Source: a virus
Taxonomy: Duplodnaviria; Caudoviricetes
Direction: 5' to 3' (one strand)
Length of the DNA: 57,578 nt
IMG/VR virus record: IMGVR_UViG_3300046049_000065
Coordinates: 1 to 57,578 of that record
The notes under the pieces were generated by a model. The model did no database searches. It had not been told where the DNA came from and saw only the letters and a list, made by a program, of their open reading frames with translations. Both the position numbers and the translations under genes were made by a program. This document shows, piece by piece, positions 18,942 to 29,926 of this stretch (position 1 is the stretch's first letter; each line of letters opens with the position of its first letter).

Positions 18942-19559
18942 ATGAACATAGAGGAATCTAAGCACATCGGTCAGCCGCTGTCTGAGGTTCCAAAACAGGA
19001 CCCAACGGACGCGGCTTGTATGGCTCGGAAAAAGCAGAAGCAAAACGGCGAGGTCGCTCGGGACGCTGATGGGGAAGCGCTCTTCGGCGGGTACTGTCGT
19101 GCGTGGCCTGGAAAAGGAACTGACCATGTAGGCGACGGCCGCTGCTCACTGCACGCCGGGGCGGCCACGTTTACGGGCAGCGATAACTCGGCTTTTGACA
19201 CCGGGCTGTTCAGCGATCATCTGCCTGAAAAGGACCGTCGAACAGCCGAGGCGCTTAAGGAGTACACGGACGAGGAAAAACTTGAGGAGTTGATCAACTG
19301 GCGGCTGGCGCGGCTTCGGCGGCACCTGCGTGAAGCGTCTAAGGAGAAGGAGACCTCGTTTTGGGATGCCTTCCGTGCGGTCGTTGACGCAGCGGGCGAC
19401 GTCGAAGGCGACGAGATTCGGGAGCTCGCCCGGATGCTCGACAAGAACAACGAAGCCGTCCAGCAGGAAATCGACTTAGTTCGAAAGCTGATCAAGGCCC
19501 GGAACAAAATTGCCGAGGGCGAGTCGGTGAACATCAGTTTGGATGACCTCTACTCATGA
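18942..19559 (+). CDS. terS: terminase small subunit (putative)
   Basis: GRCSLHAG (HGGxSTG-like) motif; overlaps the terL start. Confidence 0.7.
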   Translation: MNIEESKHIGQPLSEVPKQDPTDAACMARKKQKQNGEVARDADGEALFGGYCRAWPGKGTDHVGDGRCSLHAGAATFTGSDNSAFDTGLFSDHLPEKDRRTAEALKEYTDEEKLEELINWRLARLRRHLREASKEKETSFWDAFRAVVDAAGDVEGDEIRELARMLDKNNEAVQQEIDLVRKLIKARNKIAEGESVNISLDDLYS

Positions 19560-21076
19560 GCACGGTCGCGCCACCGGACCTTTCAGCCTATCAAGAGGGC
19601 CCCGACCGGTACATCCGATTCGCCGAGGAGGAGCTGGGCATCAGGCTAACCCGCGAGCAGCGGACCATCCTGCGCTCGCTGGCCGAACACCGACGGACCA
19701 TCATCATGTCGGGCAACGGCCCGGGCAAGAGCTTCGGCGTCGCGATTGCCAAGGTGACGTTCCTGTTCGCCCACCAAGCCAGCACGGTCCTTGGGACATC
19801 GGGCTCCTACAGCCAGTACGTCGACGCGGTCTGGCGCCCGATGAAGCAGCTGTACCGGCAGTTTGGTAGCCGGCTGGAGGCCTGCGGTGTGGATGTTCCG
19901 GAGCCGAACGACAGTGGGCAGCCCTCACTGGAGCTGGCGACCGACTGGTTCGCTAAGGTGGTCTCCCCCCGGGACGCGGGCGACCTTGAGGGCCGTCACG
20001 CCAGTGAGGTTTTGGTCGTGATTGAGGAGGCCGACAAGGCCTACATCTCCGACGAGCACTTCGACTCGGCACGGTCGTCGGTCACTGACGGCGACGACCG
20101 GATGCTGGCGGTCTGTAACCCGCCGAAGGACGAGTCGAACTCGGTACACGAGCGACTGGAGGGCGACGACTGGAACACCATTCAGTTCTCGACGCTGGAC
20201 TCCCATAACGTGCGCGTCGACGCCGGCGAGCTGGACGCCGAGAAGATCCCCGGGATTACGGACCTCAACACGATTCGTGAGGATTGGGAGGCGTATAACC
20301 GCGAGCCGTGGCCCGGGCTTGAGGCTGCACGACGGATGTCCAACCCCGACACCTCGGAATTCCGGCGTGACCTTGACGAGCGCTGGTACCGCCGCCGCGC
20401 CGGCGTGATGCCGCCGGCCGAGGCAGGTGTCTACCGGCCGCTGTCGCCGTCCCTCGTCGAGTCCGCATACGACCCCGAGACCGCCCCGAAGCGCGAGACG
20501 CCGACGCATCTCGGTATCGACGTCGCCCGTAGTGGTGACGATACGGTGGCGTTCGGGGTTCACGACGGGCACCTAAAGAACTGGTATGCCGAGCAGGGGG
20601 CAGACCACACGGCACAGGAACAGGCCCTCGCCGGGCTGATTCGCGACTGGCCGACCCCCGATATCGCCGTCGACGCCGTCGGCGAGGGGTCGGGTCTGGC
20701 GGACGGCCTCAATAATCGATTCGGGACGGTCACGCGATTCAAGAACGGGTCGAACGCCAGCGACGCGACGACGTACGACGACAAGTGGTCGGAGTCACTC
20801 GCACTGTTCGCCGAGTTCCTCGCCGACGGGGGGACGTTCGCCGATCCGGACCTGTATGAACAGGCGAAGGTCGCGGCGCGGACGGTCACGTGGGAAGAGA
20901 AACACCTCGCCTCTCGGGGCCGTGATGGTGCGGACGTCCTCTCGGCGACGCCGAAAGACGACGTCCGTGACCGCCTCGGCCGGTCACCCGACCACTTCGA
21001 TGCGGCGCTGATGGCGGTGTGGGTCGACCGAACGGCACGACAGACCGAACAGCCGAGCACCTGGTACACGCCCTGA
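19556..21076 (+). CDS. terL: terminase large subunit
   Basis: Walker A SGNGPGKS, Walker B VVIEEA, nuclease GIDVARSGDD and SPDHFDA. Confidence 0.93.
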   Translation: MSTVAPPDLSAYQEGPDRYIRFAEEELGIRLTREQRTILRSLAEHRRTIIMSGNGPGKSFGVAIAKVTFLFAHQASTVLGTSGSYSQYVDAVWRPMKQLYRQFGSRLEACGVDVPEPNDSGQPSLELATDWFAKVVSPRDAGDLEGRHASEVLVVIEEADKAYISDEHFDSARSSVTDGDDRMLAVCNPPKDESNSVHERLEGDDWNTIQFSTLDSHNVRVDAGELDAEKIPGITDLNTIREDWEAYNREPWPGLEAARRMSNPDTSEFRRDLDERWYRRRAGVMPPAEAGVYRPLSPSLVESAYDPETAPKRETPTHLGIDVARSGDDTVAFGVHDGHLKNWYAEQGADHTAQEQALAGLIRDWPTPDIAVDAVGEGSGLADGLNNRFGTVTRFKNGSNASDATTYDDKWSESLALFAEFLADGGTFADPDLYEQAKVAARTVTWEEKHLASRGRDGADVLSATPKDDVRDRLGRSPDHFDAALMAVWVDRTARQTEQPSTWYTP

Positions 21077-21078
21077 CT

Positions 21079-22773
21079 ATGTCTTCGCAAAACGGCCAGT
21101 CGCCCGCGTCCGACGACGCAGCGGCCGACTCCCGGCACAACCTCGCGTCGCTCACCCCTCGCGTCGATACGCTTGCGGCGACGTCCCGGACGAACTCCAG
21201 CCAGCACCAGCACCTGGGGACGCGCGCCGGCCTCTCGGGTGACACCATCCGCGAGGCGCTATGGACCAACCAGTACGGCGGCGAGCGGTCCTTATATGAG
21301 GCCCTCGGCTACGTCCTCGAGCCGCGATATGAGCACTTCCGCGCTCGCTACGAGCGGACGGACGAGGCGCGCGCCCTCGTCGATAAACTCCCGAACACGG
21401 CGTGGGCAACCCCGGAGATCAACGACCCCGGGTCGGAGGATGGACAATCAGCCTTTGAGCAGGCAGTCGGGCAGTTCCTTGAGGGCGAGTCCGGCGGGTT
21501 TTCCCAGACCGGTCTCGAACCGCTGGCGTCGGCCGACGACCTCGAGGCGCTGGGCCCATCGGTTGCTCGCGGAGATGTCATCGACGTGTGCAGGCGGGTG
21601 TCGCGGATGGAGCGGCTCGGCGAGTTCGCGCTGCTGTTTCTCGGCCTCGATGACGCGAACGTCGCCGACGGGTCGGTCGAGTCCCTTGCCGAGCCGGTCG
21701 ATATCAGCTCACTCGACTCGCTCGATGACCTGACGCACGTCGACGCCTACGACGAGGGTCGCGCCGATGACGAGCCGTTTGACCTCTACGAGGACGTCAC
21801 GGACCCCCGGTTCAACACGCCCGAGTATTACAGCGTTGACCTCGGCCACGGCGAGCAGTCATCTCGCATCCATCACTCCCGCGTCATCCACGTCGTCGAT
21901 AACGTCTTCGAAGACGATCTTCGGAGCAACTCAGTCCTCGAACAGTCACTGAATCGACTGGACGATATCGAGAAGATCCAGGGCGCGAGCGCGGAGGCCT
22001 ACTGGCGAACCGCGTATCAGGGCCTCGTCGCCAGCCCGCCGCAGGTCGAGGGCCAGCTCGGGTCGTTCAGCGACGCCGGCGAAGACCTCCACGAGCAGAT
22101 CCGGAAGTACTACGCGAATTTCCAGCGGGCGATTTTCACACCCGCCGACGTCGACACGCTCGACGTTGCCGCGGAGGACCCGACGCCCCACCTCGAAACC
22201 AAGTATCGCTCACTCGCGGCAGGGCACGGCATCCCGCAGTCGATTCTGATGGGCAACGAGACGGGCGAGCGCGCCACCCAGGAGGACCGCCGGCTCGTCC
22301 ACGAACTCGCCGCCGACTACCGCGAGCGGTTTTGCGAGGCGCGCGTCCTCCGGCCGCTCATCAATCGCCTCGTCTACTACGGCATTGTCCCACCGCCGGC
22401 GGCCGGCGAGTACGAGGTCATCTGGCCGCCGCAGGACGAACCGGGCGAGCAGGAGCACGCCGACATCGCCGCGACGAAGGCGACCGCGCTCGCGGACGCG
22501 ACGGGGGGCAACCCGACGCTGGCGGCATCGGTCGGCGAAATCCGCGAGGCGTTGTTCGACTGGAATCCCGACCTCGGGAGCGAGGCCGACGGCGGGGATG
22601 CACCCTCCGAGATGGCGACGCCCGAATCGGTGGCCGAAATGGCTGGGGCAGGTGACGGTGCTGCTGCTGATGATGATGATGGTGGTGGTGGCCCCCCAGA
22701 TGACCAGGCCGCCGACGCGGACGCGGTGGATGATGAGACTACTGCGGCGACGCCCGACGACACCCAACCATGA
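21079..22773 (+). CDS. portal protein (DUF1073-like)
   Basis: Follows terL; GIPQSILMG...ATQED motif. Confidence 0.85.
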   Translation: MSSQNGQSPASDDAAADSRHNLASLTPRVDTLAATSRTNSSQHQHLGTRAGLSGDTIREALWTNQYGGERSLYEALGYVLEPRYEHFRARYERTDEARALVDKLPNTAWATPEINDPGSEDGQSAFEQAVGQFLEGESGGFSQTGLEPLASADDLEALGPSVARGDVIDVCRRVSRMERLGEFALLFLGLDDANVADGSVESLAEPVDISSLDSLDDLTHVDAYDEGRADDEPFDLYEDVTDPRFNTPEYYSVDLGHGEQSSRIHHSRVIHVVDNVFEDDLRSNSVLEQSLNRLDDIEKIQGASAEAYWRTAYQGLVASPPQVEGQLGSFSDAGEDLHEQIRKYYANFQRAIFTPADVDTLDVAAEDPTPHLETKYRSLAAGHGIPQSILMGNETGERATQEDRRLVHELAADYRERFCEARVLRPLINRLVYYGIVPPPAAGEYEVIWPPQDEPGEQEHADIAATKATALADATGGNPTLAASVGEIREALFDWNPDLGSEADGGDAPSEMATPESVAEMAGAGDGAAADDDDGGGGPPDDQAADADAVDDETTAATPDDTQP

Positions 22774-23996
22774 ATCCGATTGAGGAGTGGACGGACGCGT
22801 TCGAGAATCAGGTGTCGGCGCGGACGAACGTGCTCGATCTGGCGAGTCACTACCCCTATAGCCCGGAGCGGTGGCGGCTCTCGGTCGACGGCGCTCGCGT
22901 CTACCCCGAATACGACAGCGTCGCGCAGTACACACACGATACCGACGTCCACGCGCTCCAGCCGGCGGCGGGCGAGACGGTCACGCTCGAAAGTGCCGAA
23001 CGGCCACGCTATGTCGTCCAGTACGAACTGGCAACGTCGTGGGCCTTTGCGATCACCCAGGCGCTTCAGTCAGGCGATTCGATTCGCGTCGGGCTCTACG
23101 ATGGCACTGATGGCTGGTACATGGAGCAGACGGGCGCCCACGCGACCGACACCGCGGATTTCGTACTTGAGCGCAACGGAACCACCGTCTACCGCCACGA
23201 GGCTGTCGATATCCACGCCCCGACGACGACGTTCGCGCGGTTAAAACTCCAGACGGGGTGGTACGATGTCACGCGCCAGCGCTGGGAGCGCTCGTACTCG
23301 CTCAATGGCACCCAACTAAACCCACAGATCGGGTCGTTTTCGGCCGACGCGACCCGCGGATCGCGGACGGGCAACCTGCCAGTCCACTACAGCGTCACCG
23401 CGAGCGAGTCAACGGCCGGCTTGGTGCTGTCGGCGGGGTCGACCGCCCAGACCAACCTCGGGACGACCGTCCCGCAGACCCGGAGCAAGACCGCATCGTT
23501 CACCACGAGCGTTGCGACGACCGGGACGTGGGTCCCGGTCTATGCCATCCGCGTTGCCCCCGACCGAGCCATCGTCAACACGCAACTCATGGTGACCGAC
23601 GTCGTCGAGTTTTCGGGGTCGGGGGATATCCGGGTCATGCCCCGGGCCTTCGCGCCCGAGCATCTGGCGGATGGGGGCGGCAACGCGCTCACCGACGCCG
23701 ACTTCAGCACGCCAGCGGAGCAGTCGGCGACGAACTCGGTCATCGAGGAGACAGCGGCCGTCGACCAGTTCGCCGACGCGACAGGGACGGTCGGGCCATC
23801 GGCGGCCGATCCCGGGGGCTACCAACTCGGGTTTGCGGGCTGGTGGTCGTCGGGGTCGGGGTTGCGAACCCAGATCGAGGGCGGGATGTCGACGCCCAAG
23901 CGCGGCATTCGCCGGGACGACATCTGTGTGTTCCTGGCGAACGCGGAGGACACGGGCGACGTGACGGTCGAATACGTCACCGAGCAGGACTGGTAG
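22770..23996 (+). CDS. beta-rich hypothetical virion-associated protein
   Basis: 408 aa, Thr/Ser-rich, located in the head module. Confidence 0.6.
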   Translation: MNPIEEWTDAFENQVSARTNVLDLASHYPYSPERWRLSVDGARVYPEYDSVAQYTHDTDVHALQPAAGETVTLESAERPRYVVQYELATSWAFAITQALQSGDSIRVGLYDGTDGWYMEQTGAHATDTADFVLERNGTTVYRHEAVDIHAPTTTFARLKLQTGWYDVTRQRWERSYSLNGTQLNPQIGSFSADATRGSRTGNLPVHYSVTASESTAGLVLSAGSTAQTNLGTTVPQTRSKTASFTTSVATTGTWVPVYAIRVAPDRAIVNTQLMVTDVVEFSGSGDIRVMPRAFAPEHLADGGGNALTDADFSTPAEQSATNSVIEETAAVDQFADATGTVGPSAADPGGYQLGFAGWWSSGSGLRTQIEGGMSTPKRGIRRDDICVFLANAEDTGDVTVEYVTEQDW

Positions 23997-24078
23997 CGGA
24001 ATATGTAACTGGTTGTGGGTACATGAATACGTTTCTACCAGGGCTTTCTCAGACTCGAAACAGATTTTGGTTACATCG

Positions 24079-24960
24079 ATGCGTTTGACAGCCCACCACG
24101 ACCACGCCCCCCGGCACAACGTCGACCGCGAGTCCGGCCCAACGGACACGCAGGGGCTTCAACGTGAGTACCGCGTTGAGGTCGACCGCCGGTTCCGAAA
24201 ACTCCGGGGCGTCCTCCGGCAGACGATCGATACGCATGACGCCCTCGGGCTGCGCAACCGGACGAACGCCGTGGCCCGCCAGCACGCCGCTGAGGATATC
24301 GAGCCCCGCGACCGCTTCCCGTTTCGGAATCGCGCCGGGAAGGAACTCGCGTTTCAGAACCAACTCCGCGAGTGGCTTGACGAGGGTGTGCTCAAGGTCG
24401 TCGGCGAGGACACGATCGAGGCGGGGGAACATTGGAGCGGGACGTACGTCAGATCGTCGTCTAAAGAAGGGATTCGGTGGGCGAATCAGCAACTCCGCGA
24501 TCGTGGTGTCTCGCTTGATGATGGCGCATCGCTCGATGTCATTTTCGACCGGCCGATTCATACGGACGAACTCGAACGCCTCTATACCCGCAATTTCGAG
24601 GCGTTGCAGGATATCACCGAGGACCTTGACCAGACGCTCTCACGTGAACTGACGCGGGGGCTCCTTGATGGGGAGAATCCGCGGACGATCGCGGACCGGC
24701 TGACGCAGGAGACGCGGACGATTCAGCGAACGCGAGCGCGGACGCTCGCCAGGACGGAAACATTACGAGCGCACAACGCTGGGGCGGGGCGTCGCTATCA
24801 GGAAATGGGCGTCCAGCGCGTCGAAATCCTCACCCACGACCCGTGTCCGATCTGCCAGGCCATCGCCGCCGACGGGCCGTATCCGGTTCGCGAGGCACAT
24901 CAACTCGTGCCAAGTCGTACACACCCGCGGTGCGTGTGCAGCGTTGCCCCAGTCGTCTGA
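24079..24960 (+). CDS. head morphogenesis protein (SPP1 gp7/MuF)
   Basis: RARTLARTE, CPIC, HPRCVC. Confidence 0.9.
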   Translation: MRLTAHHDHAPRHNVDRESGPTDTQGLQREYRVEVDRRFRKLRGVLRQTIDTHDALGLRNRTNAVARQHAAEDIEPRDRFPFRNRAGKELAFQNQLREWLDEGVLKVVGEDTIEAGEHWSGTYVRSSSKEGIRWANQQLRDRGVSLDDGASLDVIFDRPIHTDELERLYTRNFEALQDITEDLDQTLSRELTRGLLDGENPRTIADRLTQETRTIQRTRARTLARTETLRAHNAGAGRRYQEMGVQRVEILTHDPCPICQAIAADGPYPVREAHQLVPSRTHPRCVCSVAPVV

Positions 24961-25000
24961 GACGCCCACTTCCCACCACGAACAGCGACACTACCCGATT

Positions 25001-25336
25001 ATGGCCGCAACAGATTACGACAGTGCGAGTGAGACGCTTGCCGATGGCGAGGTAGCGACCGTCGAGATCGACACGACGCGGGCCGATTCGGCGATGCTCT
25101 ACGTCGATGCCGGCACCGAGGGGAGTACGCCAGCGCAGTACACGCTCCGCATCGCGGCGTTCTCGCCGGGTGGCGGGTCGGGCCTGGGCCGGTATCAGCG
25201 GTATCTCGACGAGACGGGCCGGACGGACCGCTCGTGGCAACTGGCGGCGACGGGGACAACGATGCGCTTCGACATCGAGAACACGAGCGGCGGGTCGGCA
25301 CAGTTCGACGTGACCGCCGAAGCGAGGAACAACTGA
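25001..25336 (+). CDS. small beta-rich hypothetical protein
   Basis: ORF in head module. Confidence 0.65.
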   Translation: MAATDYDSASETLADGEVATVEIDTTRADSAMLYVDAGTEGSTPAQYTLRIAAFSPGGGSGLGRYQRYLDETGRTDRSWQLAATGTTMRFDIENTSGGSAQFDVTAEARNN

Positions 25337-25337
25337 A

Positions 25338-26102
25338 ATGGTGGGTGGCGATCCGCGGTCATACGTGAGCGTCGAAGGGCGACAGCTCGGCGTTGATGCC
25401 GAATCGGTCGATACAGACGACATCCCTATCAAGTCGTGGGAGAAATGGGCCGTCCGAAACGCCATACTCAAAGATATCCCCCATATTTCGTGGGCAGGGG
25501 ATTTTCCTGGTGCTGCGTTTGAGGAAATAGCATCTGGCGCGGGGTCAACGGCTGTCGCGTCATTTCTTACGATGGATGCACCAGCCAATAGCGGTAACGC
25601 CAGCACGGCAGAGACGAGATTTCGATTCACGAGTGACAGTGTGCAAGCGGATGCGTACGAAATCGCCCAACGAGACTGGGACGACGAATGGTGGTGGGCC
25701 GCTAACTACCTCATTCAGCAAAACGACGACCAGCGAACCGACTATCTCGCGCTTGGGAATCGACCGTGGGTCGGAAAAACGTCCATCGGATTCAAACTGG
25801 ATTCGGAGAAGCTGATGGGATTTGTCCACGACGGCACGTCAGAAACGACGACGGGCGCCATCTCGTCAGCGCCGGGGACTGGTATGGTGGAGTTGACGGC
25901 ACACTTCCGTCCCGGCGACACGTGCGAGTTCTGGGTAGGCGATGTGACAGTCGGCTCGCCGGACGCCACGCTGTCGAGCGGCCTGCCCTCGGGGGCACGC
26001 AGTGACGGCACGATTATGGGCGAGCATCGGGTTACCAACAATGGGAACGACGTTCGGCGGACGGGCCGCATCGCTGAACTAATGATGGGGGTCGTCGCAT
26101 GA
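25338..26102 (+). CDS. hypothetical protein, possible lectin-like beta-sandwich
   Basis: Lower GC; Trp-rich beta pattern. Confidence 0.6.
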   Translation: MVGGDPRSYVSVEGRQLGVDAESVDTDDIPIKSWEKWAVRNAILKDIPHISWAGDFPGAAFEEIASGAGSTAVASFLTMDAPANSGNASTAETRFRFTSDSVQADAYEIAQRDWDDEWWWAANYLIQQNDDQRTDYLALGNRPWVGKTSIGFKLDSEKLMGFVHDGTSETTTGAISSAPGTGMVELTAHFRPGDTCEFWVGDVTVGSPDATLSSGLPSGARSDGTIMGEHRVTNNGNDVRRTGRIAELMMGVVA

Positions 26103-26356
26103 CACTCTACGTAACGCTCAATGACGATCAGACACTCGCATTGGAGAGTGACTACGGCGGCTTGCGGTCACAGGTCGCCAGCGATAGCCCCGATGGCCCG
26201 ACAGCGTGGGGCTGGAACGACTCATGGGGGGTGCCCGAACGGACGGAGGTCCTTGTTGCCGAGGCGATTGAAACAACAATAGCTAACGCAAACACGACCC
26301 TCGCGCTTGACATCGCCAAGGACGCGATTGTTGAGGACTTCGCCGACGACCGATAG
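26099..26356 (+). CDS. hypothetical protein
   Basis: ATGA coupling. Confidence 0.6.
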   Translation: MTLYVTLNDDQTLALESDYGGLRSQVASDSPDGPTAWGWNDSWGVPERTEVLVAEAIETTIANANTTLALDIAKDAIVEDFADDR

Positions 26357-26389
26357 TTCGCGGTTTTAGACCACGGCCGGTTCACAGCC

Positions 26390-28003
26390 ATGCTTTCGAG
26401 AACCAACGCCACCACAGCCACGAGTAGCCCCGCCACCGAAACCAACCCGTTCGAGCGCGTCACCGAGGACGGTACCGAGTACCTCGTCGCGCCGGTCGTC
26501 GCCCAGCAGGCCGACGTCTACGCCTATCGGATCAACGGCGACCTCCACCGGGAGTACCTCCCCGGTGAGGAACTGACGGCCCCACTCGAGGACTGGGAGG
26601 GCACGCCGCTCGTCCTCCGGCACCCCGACGCGCCGCCCGACACGCCCGCCCTGCTGTCCGAATCGGGCGTTGAGGCGACGGTCGTGGGGGCGTTCCGCGA
26701 TGCCAAGCGGACGAACGGCAGCGAGAACCGAAGCGAACGTGGGGCCAGCGACGACACCCGCCTCGCGGGGCAGGTCTACATCGAGGCCGCCGAGGTCGGC
26801 GCCCATGATGGCGACCTGCGGGGCTACATTGAGGCGGTGCGGCGGACGGGCGTCGGCGAGGTCTCAACGGGCTACGGTGTCGGGACGCTTGAGGAGACGT
26901 CGGGACGGCACAACGGCACCGAGTACGACGCCATCCAGCGGGACATCCAACCCGACCACCTCGCGCTCCTCCCCGACCAGGTCGGCAATTGCCCGGTCGA
27001 TGGGGGCGTGTGCGGCGTCGGCCGGGCGAATCAGCGCGCTCGAACGAACCACCAGCCGGCGGCGGCGTCGGATGACGGCCCTTTGATCGGCGGTGGTGGG
27101 CAAGAGGGGCCGGACGCCGGCGGTGGCGACCAGGAGGGACCGCCCGAGGCCAGTGCGTTCGCTCGGCTCGGCCGTCGCGTCGCCGCGTTGTTCGGCGTGG
27201 ACGGGCCCGAGGTTCAGGCGACCATCGCGGCGACGCCGGATGCTGATCCCCGCGGTGGGGGTGGTGATGCGGACGGCGAGAGTACTGCGGGCGACGGTGA
27301 ATCGAATCCGACGAGCGGGCGGAATCCCGTGGCGGACAGCGGTTCTGACGAGACACAAGATACGACAATGGACGACGACGACAAGATCGACACGCTCGTG
27401 ACCGACCACGGCTTCGATCGCGAGAACATGGAGCCCCTCGCCGGCACCGAGTGTCTGGCGCGACTCCACTCGATGGCCGAGGCCGGCGAGGCCGAGGCCG
27501 ACGAGAGCGGTACCGACGCCCCCGACGAGCCGACCACGCCCGATGGCGCGGCCGGCACCGAGGGGAGCACCGACGGCGGCACGAAGACGGCGACTGACGG
27601 CGGGGCGGCCGACGACCCGCTGGCGGACATCGACCTTGACGGACTCGTCGCGGAGACCGTTCGGGACGAGATCAACGACGCGCTTGAGGACGCCCTCGAC
27701 GAGCAGGCGGGCGCCCTCGCCGAGACGGTCGAGGAGGCCCGGCAGAACGAACAGCACATCCAGACCGTCGCCGAGAGCGAGCAGTACCCGCTCGACCGCG
27801 ACGCGCTGGAGGGGATGTCCCCCGACGCAGTCGCCCAGCTCGCCGAGACGGTTGACGAGCCGTCCGGGAGCGAGTCGGAACGGGCGAACTACGCGGGGGT
27901 CGCGGCGGGGCCGTCCTTCGAGGCGGGCGACGTCTCCTCGGAGTCCGAAGAGACCGACACGCCCGTCGCTGGTGCCCTGCAGTCGCTCGGAGGCGATGAG
28001 TGA
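26390..28003 (+). CDS. DUF2213 prohead protease/scaffold
   Basis: PLVLRHP, EVSTGY and DHLALL...GNC...CG motifs; acidic scaffold-like C-terminal half. Confidence 0.85.
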   Translation: MLSRTNATTATSSPATETNPFERVTEDGTEYLVAPVVAQQADVYAYRINGDLHREYLPGEELTAPLEDWEGTPLVLRHPDAPPDTPALLSESGVEATVVGAFRDAKRTNGSENRSERGASDDTRLAGQVYIEAAEVGAHDGDLRGYIEAVRRTGVGEVSTGYGVGTLEETSGRHNGTEYDAIQRDIQPDHLALLPDQVGNCPVDGGVCGVGRANQRARTNHQPAAASDDGPLIGGGGQEGPDAGGGDQEGPPEASAFARLGRRVAALFGVDGPEVQATIAATPDADPRGGGGDADGESTAGDGESNPTSGRNPVADSGSDETQDTTMDDDDKIDTLVTDHGFDRENMEPLAGTECLARLHSMAEAGEAEADESGTDAPDEPTTPDGAAGTEGSTDGGTKTATDGGAADDPLADIDLDGLVAETVRDEINDALEDALDEQAGALAETVEEARQNEQHIQTVAESEQYPLDRDALEGMSPDAVAQLAETVDEPSGSESERANYAGVAAGPSFEAGDVSSESEETDTPVAGALQSLGGDE

Positions 28004-28461
28004 TGTCGCGGCGCGTACTCCGAAACCGCCGCTGGTTCAACGGTTCCCGCCGTGAGACGGCCGCTGATGGCACGCTCGCGGCTGGCGACCTCGGCGAACT
28101 CACGGCGAACGGCATCCAGTCACACCCGACCGACGGTGCAGCGATAGATAACGTCCTCGTTATCGAGGACGCCCGCGGCCGTGGAACGGTGGCTGGTGAT
28201 AACTACGATACCGAGGAGACGGTCCCGTACCTGAACTGCAACGCTGGCGACCTCGTCACGCTTCGGCTCGCGGACGGCGAATCCGTCACGGGGCCGGATG
28301 GTGGCGACCCGACGCAACTCGTCTCGAATGGCGACGGCACGGTCCGAGCGTTCGACGGGGCCGGTGGGGACACCGAGGAAGACGTCGTGGCCGTGGCAGA
28401 CGAGACGCTCAACAACACGAGTGGCTCTCCCTCGCTGCTCGACGCGGAGGTGACTCGATAG
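28003..28461 (+). CDS. capsid decoration/stabilising protein
   Basis: Position between DUF2213 and major capsid gene; Gly-rich beta pattern. Confidence 0.7.
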   Translation: MSRRVLRNRRWFNGSRRETAADGTLAAGDLGELTANGIQSHPTDGAAIDNVLVIEDARGRGTVAGDNYDTEETVPYLNCNAGDLVTLRLADGESVTGPDGGDPTQLVSNGDGTVRAFDGAGGDTEEDVVAVADETLNNTSGSPSLLDAEVTR

Positions 28462-29523
28462 ATGGCATCTTTTGGACGCAACAACGATGTGTGGAGTGAC
28501 CTCGGGCCGCACGCCCGAGCGCAATTACTCGACGCCCGGAAGAACCGGACGACGACGCGCGACCGAGTCGTTCGTGTGAACCAGCAGGCGGCCCGACAGA
28601 ACCGCATCAACTCTGCGCTCCCGGAGGATGCGTGGGTCGACATGGACGACACGACGACGGCCGTCGTCCGTGACGAACTCCGGCTCGTCTCTGATCTCCG
28701 GCAGCTCGTCGGGACCCACGACGTCCCGATCAACGCCAAGCTCGATACGTGGGGCATCACGAAGACCCACGGCGAGGCGGAACTCGGGATGGATCCCGAC
28801 ATGGCGACGGGGGAATCGACCGTCTCGTTCGGCGAGGACGGCTCGCCTGTGCCGGTCGCGTACGATCCGTTTTCGGTCGGCTTCCGCGATGCCCCGGTCG
28901 ATGGGTCGCGGATGGAGGGGTCGCTCGAATCGCAGAACACCGCCAATTCGGCCCGGCTCGTATCCCAGCTCATCGAACAGGTATTCGTGGATTCGAGCGA
29001 CTTCGATATCGATGTCTACGACTCTGACCAGGGGTACGACCTCTACGGGATGACGGACCACCCGTCGACGGCGACGGGGAACACCACGTCCGACTGGACG
29101 GTCGCCGGCAACGAGTCGGACATCCGGAGCGACTTCCGCGATGCCCGGTCGGTGCTGAAGAACGACCGTAACTACGCATCCGGGTTCGGTGTTTATCTCG
29201 GTAATGAGTACTACGATGAACTCGATGATGCCGACCCCGAGGGCGACGGCAACCAGACCGTCCGGGACCGCGTCGAGAACCTGAGCGGCATCCAGTTCGT
29301 CAGGGAACTCGACGCCCTGCCGGAGAAGTCAATGCTGATGTTCAAGCCCTCGCCGGATGTCGTTGAGGTCGGGTTCGCATCCGACGTCATGCCGCTCCAG
29401 CAGGAGGAAATGCTCGCCGATAACTTCCTCCTGATGGGCGCGATGTACCCACGGATCTACCAGCAGTACAACGTGGAGACCGAGTCGCTCCAGAACGGGA
29501 TACTATATTGGACCTCTCCCTGA
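28462..29523 (+). CDS. major capsid protein (HK97/encapsulin-like)
   Basis: 353 aa; position; LPEDAW..MD and YGMTDHP motifs. Confidence 0.85.
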   Translation: MASFGRNNDVWSDLGPHARAQLLDARKNRTTTRDRVVRVNQQAARQNRINSALPEDAWVDMDDTTTAVVRDELRLVSDLRQLVGTHDVPINAKLDTWGITKTHGEAELGMDPDMATGESTVSFGEDGSPVPVAYDPFSVGFRDAPVDGSRMEGSLESQNTANSARLVSQLIEQVFVDSSDFDIDVYDSDQGYDLYGMTDHPSTATGNTTSDWTVAGNESDIRSDFRDARSVLKNDRNYASGFGVYLGNEYYDELDDADPEGDGNQTVRDRVENLSGIQFVRELDALPEKSMLMFKPSPDVVEVGFASDVMPLQQEEMLADNFLLMGAMYPRIYQQYNVETESLQNGILYWTSP

Positions 29524-29536
29524 GGTGACATAATAC

Positions 29537-29926
29537 ATGGTCCGCGTCCGCTATCGTGGAGGCCACTCGTTCGTCCACAACGAGCACGGCCGCCTCGAGG
29601 AAGGCGACGTCGTCGAGATCGGCGAGTACACCTACGCACAGTTCGACCAGATGTTCGTCCCCGTCGACGACGAGGCCGACCACACCGCGTCCGACTCGCC
29701 GGAGACAGACGAGTCGGGAACAAACGAGTCGGAGGCAGACGAGTCATACGAGTCGGCGGCCGACGACTTCGACGCCGAGTCGTTCGTCGACCGGACGCCG
29801 ATGGCCGATGTTGTCGGCGATATCGAGTCGGGCGACTACGACGCCCACCTCGATGCGATCTCCCGAGCCGAAACCGAGGGCCGGGACCGTAACGGCGTCG
29901 CCGACGCCATCGCTGCGAGGCGATAA
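29537..29926 (+). CDS. acidic virion-associated protein
   Basis: GAGGTGA SD; follows the capsid gene. Confidence 0.7.
   Translation: MVRVRYRGGHSFVHNEHGRLEEGDVVEIGEYTYAQFDQMFVPVDDEADHTASDSPETDESGTNESEADESYESAADDFDAESFVDRTPMADVVGDIESGDYDAHLDAISRAETEGRDRNGVADAIAARR

Noticed and set aside
21079-22773. Anti-CBASS Acb1 label sometimes given to DUF1073 proteins
   Set aside because: Position and size indicate a portal; no HxT/HxS phosphoesterase motif pair was recognised.
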